Below the pieces are notes generated by a model, which was given only the letters and a program-made list of their open reading frames with translations, was not told the DNA's origin and did no database searches. DNA of 64,000 nucleotides from an uncultured Planctomycetia bacterium (GTDB lineage Bacteria; Omnitrophota; Gorgyraeia; Duberdicusellales; 4484-171). A program made the translations under genes and the position numbers. This document shows positions 8,688-16,779 of this stretch, one piece after another. The DNA lies in NCBI GenBank assembly GCA_964629655.1, contig CAZVQU010000002.1:443-64442 (forward strand), written 5' to 3'. Each line of letters starts with the position of its first letter. Position 1 is the first letter of the stretch.

Positions 8688-8743
8688 TTAAGAAATACAA
8701 AAGGCAAAAGTAAATATAAAAAGTAAGCAAAAACAAAATAAAA

Positions 8744-9166
8744 ATGGCGACTTATATAACGATATTTTTGTTTGAACTTATCTTAGTGTACATTTCATGG
8801 TTTGTTTTAAAAAGGATATTAAGAAAAACCAAACTCGACATACTTTTGGTTATATGCCTTGTAATATCATTTGTTGGAGGATATATCGCAGCATATAGAA
8901 TTATTGGATACGAAGTCGCCATGGATCATTTAACAAGAATAAATAATCAGAAGATAGAATTAACTGGGGAAGGCATTACTTTAGAGGAAGAAAACGAATA
9001 CAAAAAAGTTTTGGTTAAAAGCAAAGAACTCGAACCTTATCTCGTTAAAAATGCATTCTGGATCTCACTACCCCCTTTTATCATAGTTGTACTCATTGTG
9101 TTATCTCCTGTTGGAAATGCTATAAAGAAAATAAAACCAAATGAAAAAGAAACAAAAGACAACTAA
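8744..9166 (+). CDS. small membrane protein (3 predicted TM helices)
   Basis: 140 aa, hydrophobic helices flanking a charged linker. Confidence 0.5.
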   Translation: MATYITIFLFELILVYISWFVLKRILRKTKLDILLVICLVISFVGGYIAAYRIIGYEVAMDHLTRINNQKIELTGEGITLEEENEYKKVLVKSKELEPYLVKNAFWISLPPFIIVVLIVLSPVGNAIKKIKPNEKETKDN

Positions 9167-9779
9167 AGAATACCCAAGATTCAATGGCTGGAAATTTATT
9201 CTTTGTTTTGTTTTATTAACTTTTTGTATAACTGCTTGGGCAGTTGAGCCATACTATGGCTTTTTTCCATCTAAACTAGGAAAACAATACAAACAGCTGA
9301 AACATAATATTTTTAATTTTATTATTGATATACCTGTCCACTGGACATTTGGCGTTAGCGGTCAGTCCCCGTTAGCCGTCATCTCCGTATATCCCAACAC
9401 CTTAAATACTTCAAAATTTTCTGATAACTACGAAACTCTAGAAATAAGCATTATGCCAGTAGAGAATATTACACTTCAAGAAGCGTATGAATATGTTATT
9501 CTTGGCATGCGTCAAAGCCATCCAAGCATGAAAATAGTGAAGCAGCCAAAAGAAAAATTGATACAAAATAATAACTCGCTTGAATTTACATTTGAATGGC
9601 AATCGGAAACAGGATTTTTTATTATTGAATGGGTTAGCTTAGTTAAGTATAAAGACCAAATTTATTCAATTTCTTCAAGGTCAGTTAAAGCGATGTTCAC
9701 AAAAAACAAAGATTTATATAATCGAGTCATCAATACGTTTACCCCTATTGAAACTGTACAATTTGACAAACAAAATTGA
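9141..9779 (+). CDS. membrane-anchored hypothetical protein
   Basis: 212 aa; N-terminal TM anchor (FILCFVLLTFCITAWAV) then a soluble domain; overlaps the previous ORF. Confidence 0.5.
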   Translation: MKKKQKTTKEYPRFNGWKFILCFVLLTFCITAWAVEPYYGFFPSKLGKQYKQLKHNIFNFIIDIPVHWTFGVSGQSPLAVISVYPNTLNTSKFSDNYETLEISIMPVENITLQEAYEYVILGMRQSHPSMKIVKQPKEKLIQNNNSLEFTFEWQSETGFFIIEWVSLVKYKDQIYSISSRSVKAMFTKNKDLYNRVINTFTPIETVQFDKQN

Positions 9780-9827
9780 TTTACAACAAGTCAATCCACT
9801 CACTCTAATTTTAAATAGTTAAGTATT

Positions 9828-10688
9828 ATGTCCTTAGGATTTTCAAAAATGTCTATTAGTGAATTCCACGATGAAGTTTTAGAGAATGCGGGTGATTTTT
9901 TATCAAATAATAGAACACCAAGCAATTTAGATAATTTAATCATTTTCGCACTACTTCATTATTTAGTTAAAAGTTACAGATTGTTTAAAGGGATAAATCT
10001 ATTATGCAAAAATAACTTAGAACAAGAAGCAAAAATCCTATTGCGATCTTTATTCGAAGCATATTTACTTGAGGAATATATTGCCGATGAGCCGAATGAT
10101 ATCTCAAGGGCTGAGGATTGTGCAATTCGTGCTCATGTAGCGGATAAAAAACAAATAGAGGAGATGGATTCTTTAGGCATGCATGAGGAATCAGATATTA
10201 TAACAAGAGAAATCAAAGATAAACAAGATAGCGTGATTAAAATCAAAAGTTTGAACTATGAAGAAGCAATAACAAGAGTTAGGAAAAGGCATCCAGGTTG
10301 GAATCGTCTTACCGATAAACAAGTTGCCAATCAAAGTCAGCTTGAGGTTAAAAAATTAGTAGAGATTTTAAATAAAAAATACGAGAATCGGGAAAATGGC
10401 TCAAAAAATTTGATAAAAAGACATTATTCAGCGATAACACGCGATTGTTCGAAATCTACACACTGTAATGATCTTGATTATAATGTCTATAAAAATAGCA
10501 ACGGTGAATGGGAAATTTTTCCGAAATCAAAAGCAACAATGAATGATGCTATACTTTTAGAAAGCTTAAGTATGTTTATAAGCATTATGCAAATTGTAAA
10601 TGAATTATTGAAGTTTGATAAAAACAAATTAATAAAAGAGTTGGATGATAAGTATCAGAGGTACATACAAGCTAAAAAAGACGAATAA
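9828..10688 (+). CDS. hypothetical protein
   Basis: 286 aa ORF, last gene of the co-directional cargo operon; no recognisable motif. Confidence 0.5.
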   Translation: MSLGFSKMSISEFHDEVLENAGDFLSNNRTPSNLDNLIIFALLHYLVKSYRLFKGINLLCKNNLEQEAKILLRSLFEAYLLEEYIADEPNDISRAEDCAIRAHVADKKQIEEMDSLGMHEESDIITREIKDKQDSVIKIKSLNYEEAITRVRKRHPGWNRLTDKQVANQSQLEVKKLVEILNKKYENRENGSKNLIKRHYSAITRDCSKSTHCNDLDYNVYKNSNGEWEIFPKSKATMNDAILLESLSMFISIMQIVNELLKFDKNKLIKELDDKYQRYIQAKKDE

Positions 10689-10867
10689 AAAGGGGACGGT
10701 TCTATTTTTAAGTAATTAAGCATTATATCTATCGATTTCGAATAAATATAAGGTATATTTACCTAAAATCTACGATAATCATTTTCCTTGACAAGGTGTC
10801 GACAAAGTGTTACATTTTAAATGCGTGGCAGAAATGCCTGCATAAATCCAATGCTTAAGGGCTCAAT

Positions 10868-11644
10868 TTATTGAGTCCTTTTTGCTTTTATAGGCAGTTT
10901 ATCCAGTCGAATTTCTTTCTTGTAGCAGATAAAATTCCTTATTTTTTGAAGTTCAAATATAGCCAGGCCATTGTGTTTCAACTCATTTAACTCAGAAGCC
11001 ACTTTGCGGGCAGTGATAAAAAGAAAAACTTTCTTGCCATCTAACAATAATTGCTTAATTGGGTCGGCAAAATCACTATCTCCACTCCACAAAATAAAAT
11101 TATCGACTTTGTTATTGTGATAATCAATAAGCATATCTCTTCCGATCTCAACGTCAAAGTTGCATTTACAGTCTTCTAAATACATTATACCTTGACGGTT
11201 GAGTTCTTTTAGACGGCTGTTTAAAAATTCAATTGTTTCAATATTCAGTTTTTTCAATAAAGGTGGACGAATGAATTGGTCAATTATTTCGGTAGAGTTT
11301 ATCGGAATGCTTGATATATCTATCGACAATTTCATGATTTTTACTGGTTTTGTATTTACAACATACCGTCTATCTTGAGCTTTGTTAATGATGCTTTCCG
11401 AATTTCTGTTCCCTACTAATGTACCGTAGTAAAACTTGACTTTTTGAATCATGCTAAAAGAATCCAAAAATTGTTTTAGACGTTTTAAATCAATATGCCA
11501 GCCCAGTTTATCTTGCCAATGTATTACATTGGCAAAGTCAATATAGACATTTGTTGGCTTATCAAAAATATTTTCGAGCTCTTCAATTAAAGCAGGTACT
11601 TTTTTCGCAAGACTTTGAATAGTATTCGTTTTGGGGTCAAACAT
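10868..11644 (-). CDS. NYN (LabA-like) domain protein, putative ribonuclease
   Basis: NVYIDFANV start of the NYN fold and SGDSDFADPIKQL acidic motif; 258 aa; extended -10 (TGTTATAAT) upstream. Confidence 0.6.
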   Translation of the reverse strand: MFDPKTNTIQSLAKKVPALIEELENIFDKPTNVYIDFANVIHWQDKLGWHIDLKRLKQFLDSFSMIQKVKFYYGTLVGNRNSESIINKAQDRRYVVNTKPVKIMKLSIDISSIPINSTEIIDQFIRPPLLKKLNIETIEFLNSRLKELNRQGIMYLEDCKCNFDVEIGRDMLIDYHNNKVDNFILWSGDSDFADPIKQLLLDGKKVFLFITARKVASELNELKHNGLAIFELQKIRNFICYKKEIRLDKLPIKAKRTQ

Positions 11645-11858
11645 AATTTACAATAATATTCATTAGCACTTAAGACTTATTACATTATAACAAAAATTCC
11701 GAAAAATAATACTATCATTTTGGATGCGATTTCATCATGGGAAAAGCACACCAAGGGTGCTGTGGAAACCGAGAGGTTGCAAAACAGCCCGACTGTGATT
11801 TTGGGTGGGTGGGGTTTTCAAAAACTACTACACTCGTTACATGCGAAAAAGAACTCAA

Positions 11859-12755
11859 TTAGTCAACTATTTCTAAAATTATACCATTGAGGCTAACTTT
11901 CGCCTTGAAGGTATTTAGGATTTTTGCTCCAAACATATTTTTACCACGGAAAGTTGTTTGTACTGTTATATAATTTTTCATATCCCAGTACTTTGTGCTT
12001 ACGTGTTCATAGCTTGATGGGTCGTGCATATTTTTCTTTAAGGTTTTTGTTAAATTATAATGAGACCCATCCCAGGCACTAAACTGTTTTTCTATCTTAT
12101 CTTTTCGTTGTTTTACTAGTAGCTCTTCTTGACTTTTTTTAATTTCTTGCTCTTTTTGTTTCTTTAAGGCTTTTCTTTGGGGGGAGAGTTCTTTCAATGA
12201 GGCTATAAATTTTTTATTTAAAGTTTCTTGCTTTATATATTCTTTATTTAAATTGCCGTCAAGCAATTGTCGAAATTCTTCGTCACTCATTGAGATCAAG
12301 GTTTTTTCAGCATATTTAATCGATTTGAAACGGGAAATGGTGATTAAAAGAGTGTTGGCGGGATTTTTAAGTCTATTGGAATATTTTGCTCTCGCTTGAT
12401 GGAGAACGCTAGTTGCTTCATCGAGGCTACCTTTGTCTATTAATTCTTCAGCATTTCGTACCATAATGTCAATTTTCTTATCGGCTGTATGTTCTTTCTT
12501 TGTAACGATATCTTCCATGGTGCCCCAAAGCGTATTTGCTGTTGCGAAAAGGATAATAACAATCACCCATTTAATGGCTAAATGAATTTTTCGATTAACT
12601 AGTTTTTCGATTTTTCTTGTGATGTTAGGAATGAGGAAAAGCCCGATCGAAATATAAATAAGACCTGGTAGGAAAAAGTCAGTCATCAATCCAAGCCCAG
12701 CTAGAATAATAATTAGACCGATACCCCAACACAATACTTTATAAGCTAGTTTCAT
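11859..12755 (-). CDS. membrane protein with long coiled-coil segment, unknown function
   Basis: 298 aa; two N-terminal TM helices, a third TM, then a K/E/Q-rich helix. Confidence 0.5.
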   Translation of the reverse strand: MKLAYKVLCWGIGLIIILAGLGLMTDFFLPGLIYISIGLFLIPNITRKIEKLVNRKIHLAIKWVIVIILFATANTLWGTMEDIVTKKEHTADKKIDIMVRNAEELIDKGSLDEATSVLHQARAKYSNRLKNPANTLLITISRFKSIKYAEKTLISMSDEEFRQLLDGNLNKEYIKQETLNKKFIASLKELSPQRKALKKQKEQEIKKSQEELLVKQRKDKIEKQFSAWDGSHYNLTKTLKKNMHDPSSYEHVSTKYWDMKNYITVQTTFRGKNMFGAKILNTFKAKVSLNGIILEIVD

Positions 12756-13180
12756 TTTCCAAAAAACTCCTTATTTCTCGGTACATAAATATACAATAAT
12801 GTTATCATAAAATAGAAAAGTTACATAGATTTATATGGAAGAGAAACTATTGGGGGAAAGCGCAGTTCATGCGCTTTTGGGAATATCTTAGAAGGACGGG
12901 ATATTTGGGAATTCCACTCACCAAGCAGGCTTGGCTGCGAAGCTATGGAGCCTCTTCGAAGATGAGGCGGAATCAGAGCAGATAAGACTGCGGATAAGAT
13001 TACCAATCACCTTATGCTGTCACCACGATGAGGCTGAGCCCCTTGCCACTGGCTATCAGAATAAGAAAAACCTATCAAGATGGATATTACTTGCCTTAAT
13101 CAACCTTTCTAGATAAAATAACCTATATTATTGCAAAGGTGGCAAGGGGGCGGACGAATCCCGAGCAAGATACCTTATTT

Positions 13181-13357
13181 ACAAAAAAATAAAAAAATTC
13201 GCCGCCGGAAAAAATATATAGTTTTTGCGAGGGTGAGGACGCAGGGATACCTTATCGGCTCACGTGAGCCGATAAGAGAGAGCCTCAGCCGAATACTCTA
13301 TCAGATTACCTCAGGCCTCGGCTGGAAGAATGTTCGGACTTCGTCCACTAACCACCG
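13181..13357 (+). repeat. 177-bp perfect inverted repeat, copy B
   Basis: identical to the reverse complement of 6788-6964; palindrome at 13251-13276. Confidence 0.9.
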
Positions 13358-13487
13358 TTTTTGTTTTTATCCTTTCCAACCTTTTTCTGTCCAACAACCT
13401 ACAACTCACTTTTTAAACCGAGGCTTTTTAGTGTCCATTTTGTGCCTACCGGATCACCATATTAAGTGATATAATATTGTTTAGTGT

Positions 13488-13506
13488 CGGAAACAATATA
13501 GGAAGG
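13488..13506 (+). repeat. duplicated leader motif GGAAACAATATAGGAAGGG, copy 1
   Basis: same 19-mer recurs at 13753-13771, each about 25 nt upstream of a strong SD and a small ORF. Confidence 0.7.
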
Positions 13507-13530
13507 GGGAAGAAGCAATAAGGAGGTTAT

Positions 13531-13713
13531 ATGCTAACACAACTAATGGGGATAGTGATAGGTCTTTACATTATTACCAAGATGCTCTCCGTGTTATGTA
13601 ATAATAACGAACATGCGCTGGTTCACATAGCGGCTGGTGTCGCAGTTAGCGCAGCGGCGTTCGTAACAATTATTCTATGTTTTGGTAGTTCCTTTCTCCA
13701 TTCTTCGGGGTAA
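13531..13713 (+). CDS. small hydrophobic protein (60 aa, two TM-like segments, AAGVAVSAAA small-residue motif)
   Basis: ORF with AAGGAGG SD; duplicated upstream leader. Confidence 0.45.
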   Translation: MLTQLMGIVIGLYIITKMLSVLCNNNEHALVHIAAGVAVSAAAFVTIILCFGSSFLHSSG

Positions 13714-13752
13714 GCATTTCCCAAGGAAAAGGAGCAGTTTGAATAATGGGTT

Positions 13753-13771
13753 GGAAACAATATAGGAAGGG
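13753..13771 (+). repeat. duplicated leader motif, copy 2
   Basis: identical 19-mer to 13488-13506. Confidence 0.7.
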
Positions 13772-13792
13772 AAGAGAAAGTAAGGGGGTATT

Positions 13793-13963
13793 ATGGGTGA
13801 TGGCGTGAAGGCTAATGCAGTTAAAGAATATATGCAGATGATTGGGGGGATATTCGTCGCAGGGGTAGTCTTAACTTTCCTTTTAACTGTTTGGGTTAAG
13901 TTGTATAAGGTATTTTATCAGATAAACTTAATACCGGGGATACAGGTACACGAGAAAAAATAA
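13793..13963 (+). CDS. small hydrophobic peptide (56 aa) with double-glycine-leader-like N-terminus
   Basis: not in the ORF track (below 60 aa); MGDGVKANAVKEYMQMIGG then a hydrophobic cationic core; strong SD. Confidence 0.4.
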   Translation: MGDGVKANAVKEYMQMIGGIFVAGVVLTFLLTVWVKLYKVFYQINLIPGIQVHEKK

Positions 13964-14077
13964 GTGATAGATAAGGAAGGGTCAAATTTTAGTTAACAAC
14001 GTGCGCGTATATTAAAGAAATGGTTGAGAACAAGGTGCTCTAAATAGAAATTGAGGAGGGACGGCGAGAAGGAAAAA

Positions 14078-14671
14078 ATGAAGTATATAGATATAACTCA
14101 GTCAATTAGTACGGGAATGAAAAAGTATCCTTCTGATCCGGAGGTGAAAGTAAGCACGTTTAAATCTCTTAAAAAAGGTAATTCTTGTAATTTGTCTGAG
14201 TTAGTTTTAGGTAGCCATTCCGGTACGCACATTGACGCACCATACCATATCTTTAATAAAGCAAAGACTATTGATAAGGTTAAGGTCGATAGTTTAATTT
14301 GCAATGTGAGTGTTAGGGACATGATTAGATCTCCGAAAAAAATATTTTTTAATATGATTAAAAGCAAAAAGGTTAAAGGTATTCTTTTTAGAAGTGGTAA
14401 GATTAAGGCTAAATTGACGCTTGAAAAAGCACAAATGTTAGTTAAGCAAAATATAAAACTTGTAGGCACTGACCAGATGAATATAGAAGAGTCAGTTGAT
14501 AAATCCCACCCCGTTCATCGTTTGTTATTAGGTAAGGGTGTTATTATCGTTGAAGGGCTAAATCTAAAAAAGGTAAAATTAGGATACTACCGGTTAATAT
14601 GTCTACCTTTAAAAATAAAAGATGGAGATGGCTCTCCCGCAAGGGCAATATTGGCTGAAGGAGTAGTTTAA
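14078..14671 (+). CDS. cyclase-family protein (kynurenine formamidase-like)
   Basis: HSGTHIDAPYH matches the HxGTHxDxPxH motif of the putative cyclase family; start at MKYIDIT preferred over the TTG at 14051. Confidence 0.65.
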   Translation: MKYIDITQSISTGMKKYPSDPEVKVSTFKSLKKGNSCNLSELVLGSHSGTHIDAPYHIFNKAKTIDKVKVDSLICNVSVRDMIRSPKKIFFNMIKSKKVKGILFRSGKIKAKLTLEKAQMLVKQNIKLVGTDQMNIEESVDKSHPVHRLLLGKGVIIVEGLNLKKVKLGYYRLICLPLKIKDGDGSPARAILAEGVV

Positions 14672-14935
14672 ATAGCCTTGTGCCCAAACTATGCCTACCC
14701 AACTCCAAAACAATAAACACTGGTAAGTAACGGTAAACAACCGGACAGTATAAAAGTTGTATTCATAAAGGATTTATTGTATAATCACTGATAAATATGG
14801 AGGAATTGATTTGTACCCAAAGGAATCTTCTCCCCTCCGTTCTAAATTTTCGATAATTTAACAAATTCAATACAAACCCATTTGGTGTTGGGAGTGGTCC
14901 AAGAAGCATAAGAGGAAGAAGTAAGGAGGAAGTGG

Positions 14936-15769
14936 ATGAGTAAGTCCGAGTGTAGCCGTTTATTGAATGCCCAAAGGCTAAAAGGTCAGACCGCACTTGT
15001 AACAGGTGCCAGTTCTGGCATAGGCAAGGCAATTGCCCGGGCATTTGCCGCCGAAGGAGCCAAAGTTCTTGTCAACTACTGCCATACCAAAAAAGGTGCA
15101 GATGAAGTCACAAAACAAATATGTGCTAAAGGAGGCAGCGCTATAGCGGTTAAAGCTGATGTCAGCAAAGAACATGAAGTAAAGGAGATGTTTGATAGGA
15201 TGTGTAAGGAGTTCGGGACCATAGATATCCTCGTAAGTAACTCAGGCTTACAGCAAGATAGTGCCTTTGTTGACATGACCCTCGCTCAGTGGCAAAAGGT
15301 TATAGATGTTAATCTTACAGGTGGGTTTTTATGTGCACGCGAAGCAGTAAAAGAATTCTTGAGAAGGGGTGTTGTGAAGAGACGTTCTTTAAGTGCTGGG
15401 AAGATAATTTTTATAAGCTCAGTTCATGAAGTTATCCCTTGGGCAGGACATTGCAATTATGCTGCCTCGAAAGGCGGCATTATGCTTTTTATGAAAACGA
15501 TAGCGCAGGAACTCGCAGAATATAAGATACGCATAAACAGCATTGCTCCAGGCGCAATCAAAACACGCATTAATAGGTCTGCATGGTCAACCAAAAAAGC
15601 TGCGAAAGAATTGCTCAAGCTTATCCCATACTACAGGATTGGCGAACCAGAAGACATTGCATCCGTTGCTGTTTGGCTTGCCTCAGATGAGTCAGATTAC
15701 GTTAATGGTGCAAGTATCTTTGCAGATGGCGGCATGACCCTTTATCCTGAATTCAGGGAAGGCGGATAA
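14936..15769 (+). CDS. SDR-family oxidoreductase
   Basis: TGASSGIGKA Rossmann motif, NSG, YxxxK (YAASK) catalytic tetrad. Confidence 0.85.
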   Translation: MSKSECSRLLNAQRLKGQTALVTGASSGIGKAIARAFAAEGAKVLVNYCHTKKGADEVTKQICAKGGSAIAVKADVSKEHEVKEMFDRMCKEFGTIDILVSNSGLQQDSAFVDMTLAQWQKVIDVNLTGGFLCAREAVKEFLRRGVVKRRSLSAGKIIFISSVHEVIPWAGHCNYAASKGGIMLFMKTIAQELAEYKIRINSIAPGAIKTRINRSAWSTKKAAKELLKLIPYYRIGEPEDIASVAVWLASDESDYVNGASIFADGGMTLYPEFREGG

Positions 15770-15940
15770 AATATTATCAGGATTATTGGAAGAAACAGAA
15801 GGATGACATTTTTAAGCAAAAGGCCCCAAAGTTAAAGAGTAGTTTAAATAATCCTGTGTCCAGCACCCATCTAAAGCGAAAACAATTGTGTTTCTTAATT
15901 TAAAAGATATATTTAATTTGTACGGGAGGGGAGTATCGCA

Positions 15941-16306
15941 ATGGCAAAAAAGAGAATACTGGTAGTTGATGATGAGGTAGATATGGTTGACGGGATAAAA
16001 ATAATGCTGGAGGCAGACAGTTACGAGGTTATCACAGCTTTTGATGGCCAGGAAGGGTTACGGAAGGCACAAAAAGAAAGCCCGGATTTAATTCTTTTGG
16101 ATGTTATGATGCCAAAGATGGATGGATTTGAGGTGTTACGCAGATTAAGAGCTGATTCGGAAACTCAAGACATACCAGTAATAATGCTTACGGCAAAAGG
16201 AGATACAGAATCTTTGTTTGAAGCAAGTAGTTTAGGCTCAACCGATTTTTTTATCAAACCATTTGATGCACAAGAACTGTCAAATTTTATTAGAAGATAT
16301 ATTTAA
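15941..16306 (+). CDS. single-domain response regulator (CheY-like receiver)
   Basis: 121 aa REC domain (DD, phospho-acceptor D in LILLDVMMP, TAKGD); about 65% identical to the 25382 paralog. Confidence 0.8.
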   Translation: MAKKRILVVDDEVDMVDGIKIMLEADSYEVITAFDGQEGLRKAQKESPDLILLDVMMPKMDGFEVLRRLRADSETQDIPVIMLTAKGDTESLFEASSLGSTDFFIKPFDAQELSNFIRRYI

Positions 16307-16350
16307 TCAACTAGCGATTTTTAACGGAAGGCAAAATAGCTGCAAGAAAT

Positions 16351-16776
16351 CTAGTCTTGGGAAGTTTTAAGTTTAGACAAAAGGTTATTAACCTTGGTCG
16401 CTAAGCCCTGCAGTTGATCTTTTTGGCGTATTTTAATCTGACGAGAGAAATCTCCGGTTTTAGCCATCTGATTTAAGTCTTGTTCAATTCGGTATAATGG
16501 CCCGGCCACCTTGTGAGAAGTAATAAGTGCACGGTAGGTCACGATCGCTACAACAATTGGTAAAACAATAACTAAAAGGATGTTAACCGTTGAAAAGGGC
16601 TCTAGGATATTGTTAATTATTATCTCAGGAATTGCGATATGATGTATTATCGTAATATAGATCAGATAGTAGATTGTACCGGAAAGCAGCAGCATCGGAA
16701 TTAAGCTTAAACCTAAATAAACAAATTGTATTTTTCGGTTGATTAAAATTCTTCTTCGTTTATACATTGAAACCAC
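16351..16776 (-). CDS. membrane protein with C-terminal HAMP domain only (no output domain)
   Basis: three TM helices then AGPLYRIEQDLNQMAKTGDFSRQIKIRQKDQLQGLATKVNNL, typical HAMP; protein ends after it. Confidence 0.5.
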   Translation of the reverse strand: MVSMYKRRRILINRKIQFVYLGLSLIPMLLLSGTIYYLIYITIIHHIAIPEIIINNILEPFSTVNILLVIVLPIVVAIVTYRALITSHKVAGPLYRIEQDLNQMAKTGDFSRQIKIRQKDQLQGLATKVNNLLSKLKTSQD

Positions 16777-16779
16777 CCC

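Larger units (their letters stand above)
5183..13357. mobile_element. putative integrated element at tRNA-Ser 3' end (serine recombinase plus IR-bracketed cargo)
   Basis: recombinase gene adjacent to and overlapping the tRNA 3' end; junction sequences CCG|CCA+27 bp repeated; 177-bp perfect IRs; AT-rich cargo of hypothetical genes. Confidence 0.5.

Noticed and set aside
11802-11815. GGGTGGGTGGGG as a G-quadruplex motif
   Set aside because: Only three G-runs; a fourth is lacking within range.
12931-13116. ORFs 12821-13006 and 12931-13116 as genes
   Set aside because: Mutually overlapping on opposite strands, with no SD and low-complexity translations. Treated as noncoding spacer (see the finding on 12756-13180).
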